18,567 nt of DNA, from the IMG/VR virus record IMGVR_UViG_3300045988_088988. One strand, 5' to 3'. Made by a program: the position numbers and the translations under genes. This DNA is from a virus. Below, piece after piece: positions 1 to 5,685 of the stretch (its first letter is position 1; each line of letters opens with the position of its first letter). Under the pieces are notes generated by a model. It ran no database searches. It saw only the letters and a list, made by a program, of their open reading frames with translations, and was not told where the DNA came from.

Positions 1-115
1 AAGCAGAGGGGTGCCCCAGAGCGCTAAGATTTCCCATGCGTCTTGTCTCTTTCATTCTGTCCCGTTTCAAGTTTTCCGTTTCGTCTTCGTTTCTGGTTTT
101 TGTTTTCGACACGCC

Positions 116-144
116 GTGTGTTGTGTGTTTGTGTGTTGTGTGTT
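116..144 (+). repeat. Four tandem GTGTGTT(T) units inside ITR-L (mirrored at 18424..18452)
   Basis: Read directly: GTGTGTT (116-122), GTGTGTTT (123-130), GTGTGTT (131-137), GTGTGTT (138-144). The units span the -35 and spacer of the putative ITR promoter. Confidence 0.85.
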
Positions 145-149
145 ATACT
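121..149 (+). promoter_or_regulatory. Putative early promoter in ITR-L
   Basis: TTGTGT (121-126), a 17-nt spacer, then TGtTATACT extended -10 (141-149). The predicted start is near A156. It is followed by the SD AAGGAAAGGA and the ATG at 181. Confidence 0.5.
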
Positions 150-180
150 GTAGTTACAAGGTTCAAGGAAAGGAACAATA

Positions 181-405
181 ATGAACATCATTGAAGTTAC
201 TTACGAGCAAGCTAAAATGGATATTGAAGAGTTTTTCAATTCAAATATTGAGCGTTCCCCGATGTCTGTCGCTTTTTTTTACACTTGGGGTAGGCTTGAT
301 AGTCCTGAGGCTGTTGTTGAAGAGTGGCGGGAGTCTCTGAACAATGGTGTTTCTGAGTCTTTGGATGCTATTCTGTTGAGGCATGATATTGTTTTGCATG
401 ACTGA
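181..405 (+). CDS. Hypothetical early protein, 74 aa, strongly acidic
   Basis: First ORF after the ITR promoter. SD AAGGAAAGGA lies 8-17 nt upstream. The ATGAACA start lies inside the ITR. It has 15 D/E versus 5 K/R. I recognise no family. Confidence 0.65.
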   Translation: MNIIEVTYEQAKMDIEEFFNSNIERSPMSVAFFYTWGRLDSPEAVVEEWRESLNNGVSESLDAILLRHDIVLHD

Positions 406-417
406 AGAGGATTGATA

Positions 418-579
418 ATGCGGTATGGTGTGAGCGTTAAAGAGTATTCTGAGAATGGCAAGCGTTTCATTAGGGTCAATGAGTCTGTTTGTGAGATTCA
501 TAATGATATCGACCGGGGTGCTTTATTGTTTAACCTATTGTGTTGTTCGTCGTTTTTGCTGAAGAAGTATGAGGATTGA
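418..579 (+). CDS. Hypothetical early protein, 53 aa (below the ORF-track cutoff)
   Basis: Hand translation gives MRYGVSVKEYSENGKRFIRVNESVCEIHNDIDRGALLFNLLCCSSFLLKKYED, with TGA at 577-579. GAGGA (407-411) lies 6 nt before the ATG. The ORF fills the gap between neighbouring genes. Confidence 0.5.
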   Translation: MRYGVSVKEYSENGKRFIRVNESVCEIHNDIDRGALLFNLLCCSSFLLKKYED

Positions 580-805
580 AAGGATATTTGTGATGGATGG
601 AATTGTTGTAGTGTTTGAAGTGACTGTGTATGATAGCGAGACAAGATGCCCGGTTATGTTTTGTCAGCATGACTCTTATGAGGCGGCGACTGATTATGTT
701 CGGAGGCAGTTGGGTAAGTCTCATAATAGTCGGTATGGGTACCGTATTGATGAAGTGTGGTATAATAGTGAGTATTATCGTAAGGAGTTGGCCGAGTCAT
801 GTTGA
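569..805 (+). CDS. Hypothetical early protein, 78 aa (70 aa if it starts at ATG 593)
   Basis: ORF lies in the same-strand array. ATG 593 has the better SD (AAAGGA at 579-584, 8-nt spacing) and does not overlap the upstream gene. I recognise no family. Confidence 0.55.
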   Translation: MRIERIFVMDGIVVVFEVTVYDSETRCPVMFCQHDSYEAATDYVRRQLGKSHNSRYGYRIDEVWYNSEYYRKELAESC

Positions 806-1068
806 AGTTGAAGGCGGAGCGTATTACTAGCGACTTGGGCGTGGTTTTTCACTCATTGCGCAAGGGTGCGACGTGTGATGAAGACGTTGAAGAGTACGCT
901 AATGTTGGCGGCGGTTTTAATGAGTTTTATCTGAGGTTTTACGCTCGGTATGATGATATCGCTGAGGTAGTGCCGGTAGTTGAAGGCCCCTACTATATTG
1001 ATGAAGCGCGGGGGAGAATGGAGTTTATTCTGAGCTTGACGCTTGAAGAACGTGGCGAGGTGGTATGA
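799..1068 (+). CDS. Hypothetical early protein, 89 aa, acidic
   Basis: TAAGGAG at 781-787 lies upstream. The start overlaps the previous stop and the 3' end is an ATGA overlap with the next gene, suggesting translational coupling. Confidence 0.6.
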   Translation: MLKLKAERITSDLGVVFHSLRKGATCDEDVEEYANVGGGFNEFYLRFYARYDDIAEVVPVVEGPYYIDEARGRMEFILSLTLEERGEVV

Positions 1069-1253
1069 TGTGTTTTGATGAATTTGCTGAAGATTATTTC
1101 AAGCGTTTGGGTGAGTTGCGCGGCTCACTTGATTGTTTGCATGATGACGAGTATGATGATTATGATAGTTCGATTCCGAAGATTTTTGTAGAAATATATA
1201 AGGCCGCTTATAAAAGGGGGTATGATGCTGAACATATGGCCGCGCAATTTTAG
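1065..1253 (+). CDS. Hypothetical early protein, 62 aa, very acidic
   Basis: ATGA start/stop overlap with the upstream ORF. It has 15 D/E versus 7 K/R, including the run DDEYDDYD. Confidence 0.55.
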   Translation: MMCFDEFAEDYFKRLGELRGSLDCLHDDEYDDYDSSIPKIFVEIYKAAYKRGYDAEHMAAQF

Positions 1254-1782
1254 CGAGTCCCACAGTACGCCGGTAGCGCGAAACTCTTTCAATGATGACA
1301 TTCTAAGCGATAAGCGCGTGAGTCGTGTACTGAAAGGCGTGAAACGGTATGTCACTAGCTTGTACCGTGACGCGGAACATGGCGACTGGGAGACGTTTTG
1401 CCGGGCCACTGCTCTTATGGGTCGATTCTATTCGAGCAACGGCCCCCAGACCTCATATCGAGAGAGTATTCTGCGCGCCGCTGAGATTTGCGCGACGCTT
1501 AAACCCGGCGACGGGTTCAAGGACGCCGAGAACCGTTCGGACGGCATAGTCACTCTGGATGGGTTTATCATTGTGCCCGGCTTGATAGCGTGGTGTGCTG
1601 TGACGTGGGTTAAAGGCGGATACGATTTTAGTATGAAAAAGTTTTGGGAAAATGATTCTTTCTATGATTTTATTATCGAAAAATGCTGTAAATCGTTTGA
1701 CAGTTTAACAGATGAAGTTTATAGTGATAAAGACATAGCCCTTTGGGCTATGAATCAAAGCATTATAACCAACGAACAGTAA
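1222..1782 (+). CDS. Hypothetical early protein, 186 aa
   Basis: A strong SD AAGGGGG sits immediately before the tandem ATGs at 1222 and 1225. This is the longest ORF in the early block. The region around 1250-1620 is visibly more GC-rich than its flanks. I recognise no family. Confidence 0.6.
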   Translation: MMLNIWPRNFSESHSTPVARNSFNDDILSDKRVSRVLKGVKRYVTSLYRDAEHGDWETFCRATALMGRFYSSNGPQTSYRESILRAAEICATLKPGDGFKDAENRSDGIVTLDGFIIVPGLIAWCAVTWVKGGYDFSMKKFWENDSFYDFIIEKCCKSFDSLTDEVYSDKDIALWAMNQSIITNEQ

Positions 1783-1795
1783 GGCGGTATCTAAT

Positions 1796-2101
1796 ATGAT
1801 TAAGCGAACTCGAAACTACTCTGTTGTTAAGGGTGTTCGGCGTGGCGAAAACGGTGAACTTGAAAATATCGAGGTCATTGTTTATGGCGCGTGTCGTTCC
1901 GCAGAAAAGGCCATGAAGAAGGCCAAGCGACTGAATAAGAACATGTTGCCGGTCAGTGCCGAATATCATGCGCAGTCGACTACCCTCGATGATGAAGAGT
2001 ATTATAAGATTTGCAAGTTTGGAGAAGATGCCATTATCGACTACAAGGGTATCAACGATATTGATACTGTGGTTGAAGATGACATCATTCCCGAAGAATA
2101 A
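1796..2101 (+). CDS. Putative phi29 p6-like histone-like dsDNA-binding protein, 101 aa
   Basis: Basic N-terminal half and an acidic C-terminal tail (VVEDDIIPEE). Its size matches phi29 p6 (about 104 aa) and it sits directly upstream of the SSB-like gene, as in phi29 gene order 6-5-3-2. Sequence resemblance to remembered p6 is only loose. Confidence 0.35.
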   Translation: MIKRTRNYSVVKGVRRGENGELENIEVIVYGACRSAEKAMKKAKRLNKNMLPVSAEYHAQSTTLDDEEYYKICKFGEDAIIDYKGINDIDTVVEDDIIPEE

Positions 2102-2144
2102 TAACGATAACCAACCAACAATAAGATAAGGCGGCATAATTATT

Positions 2145-2594
2145 ATGGCTGACAACACCAATACCGATATCACCGTGGCACAGGGCAACAACTTCAGCGC
2201 TAACGGCGCTAACGCGCTCTCCCACTTTTTCAACATCGAAACGATGGAGGGCAAGCTCGCTCTCTACGCAGCCCTACAGTCCAGCGATAAGGTTGATGAC
2301 CATTTGAACGAAGTCTTGCACGTCACTAACGTGGCCGCGCAGTCCATTGAGGTTGCGGACGAGAAGACTGGTGAGTTGAACCCGTCTACCCGCGTGATTA
2401 TCCACGCCGAAGAGGGCGACTTTACCGCTACGTCCCCGTCTCTTGCGCGTTCGTTCGGCACTATGTTCTCGATTTTCGGCACGCCGGATAAGTGGGACGA
2501 ACCATTTGTTATGAAGGTGGTCGAAAAGAAGGCGCGTTCCGGTTACAAATTCTTTGACATTGAGCCGGTATTGGACTCTAAGAAGTCCAAGTGA
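2145..2594 (+). CDS. Putative single-stranded DNA-binding protein (phi29 p5-like)
   Basis: FNIETMEGKLALYAALQS and the C-terminal PFVMKVVEKKARSGYKFFDIE align by eye with remembered phi29 p5 (FDTETLEGQIKIFNAQTG ... FKVKVVQGTSSKGNVFFSLQ). It lies upstream of the TP and DNA polymerase genes. Confidence 0.6.
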   Translation: MADNTNTDITVAQGNNFSANGANALSHFFNIETMEGKLALYAALQSSDKVDDHLNEVLHVTNVAAQSIEVADEKTGELNPSTRVIIHAEEGDFTATSPSLARSFGTMFSIFGTPDKWDEPFVMKVVEKKARSGYKFFDIEPVLDSKKSK

Positions 2595-2600
2595 TATACT
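2591..2600 (+). promoter_or_regulatory. GTGATATACT extended -10 element (copy 1); candidate promoter for the TP/polymerase genes
   Basis: TGa-TATACT overlaps the SSB stop codon (TGA 2592-2594). TTGGAC (2571-2576) lies 18 nt upstream as a possible -35. The same 10-mer recurs at 9729 and 15352. Confidence 0.45.
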
Positions 2601-2640
2601 AGGTAGAGTGGGCTAAAAGGCTCACACTGCCGCCAAGCAC

Positions 2641-2672
2641 TAGCCCCCTATGAGTTATTGCATAGGGGGCTA
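2641..2672 (+). terminator. 12-bp perfect hairpin; attenuator or 5'-UTR structure before the TP gene
   Basis: TAGCCCCCTATG (2641-2652) pairs with CATAGGGGGCTA (2661-2672) around an 8-nt loop. It is followed by ATTTAATCT, which is only moderately U-rich. The upstream-most ATG of the ORF-track call (2658) lies inside this stem. Confidence 0.5.
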
Positions 2673-2696
2673 TTTAATCTCGGAAAGCGGGGGCGT

Positions 2697-3659
2697 ATGG
2701 CTAAACGTGGTAGGAACAACAAGCGTCAACAGCGACGCGAAACCATACGCGCACGCTCTCAGCAAGCACAATTGAACGAACGCTTGCGTGATTATTCTAC
2801 GGGGCGCATACCCGATATCAACGACAGGAATCTGGGCAGGTTGACAGTCCGGCAGTTGGAACAAGTTGCCGGAAGAGTGGCTCAAAGGGTTGAAGAGCAA
2901 CAAGCGGCATTACGTGCAAGGGACGCGCGTATTTTCCAAGCCACGCCGGACGTCACTATCACCAAGCTTGACAGAGAGTTGGCTAATCGACCATTAATCA
3001 CAGATGAGCAGATTGATAACGCGCCGTCGAAACGACGTAAAACTCTGCGTCAACAACAGCGTAGACGTGTTCAAGCGCGTAAGAAAATCAAGCGTGCGCA
3101 ACAGTATAATGCTTTTAATATGCAACAGTACACTGTGGGGGAGTTGCGTGAACTCGAATCAAGGGGAGAGTCACCGTTTGAAGTGCTGGGCGGCCGTATC
3201 ATACATGAAACACCCGAAGACAATCTAATCAGAAGTCGCAAGAACGTGTTGGCAAACAAAACATGGGTGCGCGAAAAAATCAGGCACGGCCGACGTGACG
3301 AGCTTGAAGCGTACGTCAAAGCGTATGCCGGTGTAGCTGGGATGAAGCCGATCGATTTGCGCGACTTTCTACCCAGTAACCTACGCTCTGAAAACTTTCG
3401 GCCGCTGACGCTCGATTATCGCAGTGGTGTATACGAGCAAAAGCTTGAATCAATGGGCGTAACAATCGCCGCAAGATATAGTAGACTCAGCAACAGGGCT
3501 AAAAATTGGTTACTCGAAAATACGCCCTTTATGAGCCTGTTGGATGAAAGTACTCATTATGATGAAAATCAGAAAAAATGGGCGACAAACGCGGGTACCA
3601 TGCCCGACGTAAAAAATCAGATAGCAGACTATCTAACTCAGGCGGAACAAATGAAATGA
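2697..3659 (+). CDS. Putative terminal protein (TP) for protein-primed replication, 320 aa
   Basis: Lies immediately upstream of, and nearly abutting, the family-B polymerase gene, as in phi29 and Cp-1. It has two Arg/Lys clusters (MAKRGRNNKRQQRRETIRAR and SKRRKTLRQQQRRRVQARKKIKR), comparable to the basic DNA-binding N-terminus of phage TPs. The genome has ITRs. I chose the start at ATG 2697, downstream of the hairpin. Confidence 0.6.
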   Translation: MAKRGRNNKRQQRRETIRARSQQAQLNERLRDYSTGRIPDINDRNLGRLTVRQLEQVAGRVAQRVEEQQAALRARDARIFQATPDVTITKLDRELANRPLITDEQIDNAPSKRRKTLRQQQRRRVQARKKIKRAQQYNAFNMQQYTVGELRELESRGESPFEVLGGRIIHETPEDNLIRSRKNVLANKTWVREKIRHGRRDELEAYVKAYAGVAGMKPIDLRDFLPSNLRSENFRPLTLDYRSGVYEQKLESMGVTIAARYSRLSNRAKNWLLENTPFMSLLDESTHYDENQKKWATNAGTMPDVKNQIADYLTQAEQMK

Positions 3660-3665
3660 GGTATC

Positions 3666-5132
3666 ATGGCGGTACGTTTGGCGGCGGCTACCGACGGTAC
3701 GACACTACTGGACAACGAACTGGGGGCGATGGAACTCTCGGCGAATACGGTGACGCAACTGACTCAGCGCGATAGCAATACGCGCGTTTATTGCGCTCAT
3801 GGTTGGTCTGACATTGAACGGCTCGCAACCGACTTGTTTCGGACACTGCCTCACGCCACGTCGCCGCAATCCAATGGAATACGTGGCACGTTTGACACGC
3901 GCGGCCACTTTTACAATCTTGCTATACGCTGGGACAAAACCATTGTTGACTTTGCAGACGTGCGCAATATCACACGCGACAATGAGGTTGCCGAAAGCGC
4001 GACCGATTTTGGGGGAGACAGTGAGCTTGAAACCACGTGGAACATAGCCCAGTCACTACAGGCCCACAAACTGCAAGGCACGACCATAGGCGCGGTGGCA
4101 ATGAACAATTACATCGGCGGCGATTATCGTAGGTTTCGGGAAAAATTCCCGCCATTGGACGCGACGGATTACAAGCGTATGCGAGCTAGCTATTTTGGTG
4201 CATACTTACAGGCCAAAGCGGGCGAATATGCCGAGTGCTCAAGCTGGGACGTGAACTCATTATATCCGTATATCATGCGCAATATGCCGTTACCATATGG
4301 GGGTCCGGAATGGTATGACGGTAAATATGAGGCGGACAAAACCATGCCGCTACATATTGATATCATATCGTTTGCCGCCACGTTGAAAAAGGACAAATGC
4401 CCGACGCTGACAAACCTGTTGCCGTTATGGGGGTTCGAGCACGTTCGACTGCCGAGTACGTTTGGCGTGGTCACTATGCCGCTTACCGATGTAGACCAAC
4501 AGACGTTACGTGAAAACTATGACATTGATATATATGAGGTTCAAGGCGGTTGGAAATTCCGCAAAAGCCAAGGACACTTTCAAGCGTACGTTGATGAATG
4601 GTTTCACGTGAAACAATCCGAGACAGGAACTCGAAAACGTATCGCCAAGCTCATGCTTAACTCATTGGTAGGAAAGTTCGGCGCAAGCATCAACAGGCCC
4701 ATGATGGAACCCGTTTTAGATGAATCAACGCAAGAACTGCGGTTTGATGTGAAACCGGCTAACGCTTTGGCGTCGCTCGCATATGTGCCGGTGGCCGCGT
4801 ATGTTAACGCCTATGGACGGCAGATTTTAACACGTGCGATAAACCGGAACCAAGACAGGGTCATATATGCCGACACTGACAGTATGATAGTGACTGGATT
4901 GGACGTGCCGCATGGCATCGAGGCTAGCCAAGGCAAGCTGGGCGCATGGAAAAACGACTACCGATACAAGCGACTGCGAATATTGGGGCCGCGCAAGTAT
5001 TGCGGGGAGACTGTCGAGGGCGATACCGTCATGAGATTGTCTGGGGTCAAACGCCGTGACACGATACCGTATGACAGTTTCTTTGAGGGGAATAGGCTTA
5101 TGAATGACTATGGTCAGGAATTTGTGTTATAA
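3666..5132 (+). CDS. Protein-primed family-B DNA polymerase, 488 aa
   Basis: Motif A is WDVNSLYPY (aa 193-201), motif B KLMLNSLVGKFG (aa 328-339), motif C YADTDS (aa 401-406), and RKY (aa 443-445) is the KxY-region equivalent. A-to-B spacing (134 aa) and B-to-C spacing (75 aa) equal those I recall for phi29, leaving room for TPR1 and TPR2. Exo candidates are FYNLAIRWD (ExoII) and YIGGD (ExoIII). Confidence 0.92.
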   Translation: MAVRLAAATDGTTLLDNELGAMELSANTVTQLTQRDSNTRVYCAHGWSDIERLATDLFRTLPHATSPQSNGIRGTFDTRGHFYNLAIRWDKTIVDFADVRNITRDNEVAESATDFGGDSELETTWNIAQSLQAHKLQGTTIGAVAMNNYIGGDYRRFREKFPPLDATDYKRMRASYFGAYLQAKAGEYAECSSWDVNSLYPYIMRNMPLPYGGPEWYDGKYEADKTMPLHIDIISFAATLKKDKCPTLTNLLPLWGFEHVRLPSTFGVVTMPLTDVDQQTLRENYDIDIYEVQGGWKFRKSQGHFQAYVDEWFHVKQSETGTRKRIAKLMLNSLVGKFGASINRPMMEPVLDESTQELRFDVKPANALASLAYVPVAAYVNAYGRQILTRAINRNQDRVIYADTDSMIVTGLDVPHGIEASQGKLGAWKNDYRYKRLRILGPRKYCGETVEGDTVMRLSGVKRRDTIPYDSFFEGNRLMNDYGQEFVL

Positions 5133-5316
5133 TAGGAAATGTGCGGGGCATGCTCCTTGAATTGACACGCTAGCCCTCATGCGTGGCACGCGGTAAGGCG
5201 CGGCATGGGGATGTAAAATGGTATGCCATACCCTAGGTGCAGTAAGAGTCTCGGCATGGCCTACATCATCTGCATGGCCCCATTATTGGGGCCATGCCTT
5301 AAACGAAGGAAGTATC
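5133..5316 (+). promoter_or_regulatory. Structured early/late intergenic region; candidate late promoter and operators
   Basis: CGGCATGG occurs at 5201-5208 and 5252-5259. GCATGGCC occurs at 5254-5261 and 5272-5279, and inverted at 5290-5297. Palindromes are GCGTGgCACGC (5181-5191) and GGTATGcCATACC (5220-5232). TGTAAAAT (-10-like) is at 5212-5219. An 11-bp hairpin, 5272-5282 with 5287-5297 and loop TTAT, lies just before SD GAAGGAAG. Confidence 0.5.
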
Positions 5317-5685
5317 ATGGACAACGACAAAACCGACACCACCTCGGCCGACATCATGCCGCCCGGTACCGACAACAACGGCGACGGAGAAGACAGCCCG
5401 CCCGAGCAGAACCCGGAAACGCAGGACAACAATACCGACAAGGACGCCAATCCGGCCGAAGCCGACACCGATAGCGACATGAACGCACGCATTACAGCGC
5501 TGGAGTCGGCTATCACGGAAATCTCCCAGACTCTTGCGGAAATTCAAGCCGCAAACGCCAAGACGGTATTGGGTGGCAGTGACGAGTCCAACGACCTACC
5601 CGATGAAGCCGACGCGCTCACCGATGATGACGCCAACGGTACCTATCTTACTTTTGATGACCTCTACGAAAAGGATGAAGACTAA
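5317..5685 (+). CDS. Putative scaffolding protein, 122 aa
   Basis: GAAGGAAG lies 6 nt before ATG 5317. The protein is highly acidic and low-complexity, with a central helical segment (MNARITALESAITEISQTLAEIQAANA). It sits directly upstream of the capsid gene with a TAATG overlap, matching the position of phi29 gp7. Confidence 0.6.
   Translation: MDNDKTDTTSADIMPPGTDNNGDGEDSPPEQNPETQDNNTDKDANPAEADTDSDMNARITALESAITEISQTLAEIQAANAKTVLGGSDESNDLPDEADALTDDDANGTYLTFDDLYEKDED

Larger units (their letters stand above)
1..187. repeat. Left inverted terminal repeat (ITR-L), 187 bp
   Basis: Bases 1-187 are the exact reverse complement of 18381-18567. I checked this block by block; the first mismatch is 188 (t) versus 18380 (g, complement c). 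The repeat reaches the window edge, which implies a complete linear genome. Confidence 0.97.

Noticed and set aside
1763-2254. 163-aa minus-strand ORF overlapping the 1796-2101 and 2145-2594 genes
   Set aside because: It is antisense to two plus-strand ORFs that have SDs and fit the phi29-like p6/p5 synteny. It has no SD and no recognisable motif, so it is probably a chance open frame.
2658-2696. Upstream extension of the TP ORF to ATG 2658
   Set aside because: ATG 2658 lies in the loop of the 12-bp hairpin (2641-2672), with the ORF running straight into the 3' stem arm, and has no SD. ATG 2697 follows a G-rich SD-like stretch and begins the basic MAKRGR N-terminus.
5162-5167. TTGACA -35-like hexamer after the polymerase gene
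   Set aside because: No acceptable -10 lies 16-19 nt downstream (the sequence there is GGCACG), so I did not call it a promoter.
5218-5316. Upstream extension of the scaffold ORF to ATG 5218
   Set aside because: The extension would run through the palindromes and the 11-bp hairpin. ATG 5317 has a well-spaced GAAGGAAG SD.
5223-5474. 83-aa Arg-rich plus-strand ORF in an alternative frame over the scaffold gene
   Set aside because: The poly-Arg/Gln string is the expected frame-shifted reading of the GAC/AAC/GAA-rich acidic scaffold N-terminus. It starts inside the structured intergenic region and has no SD.
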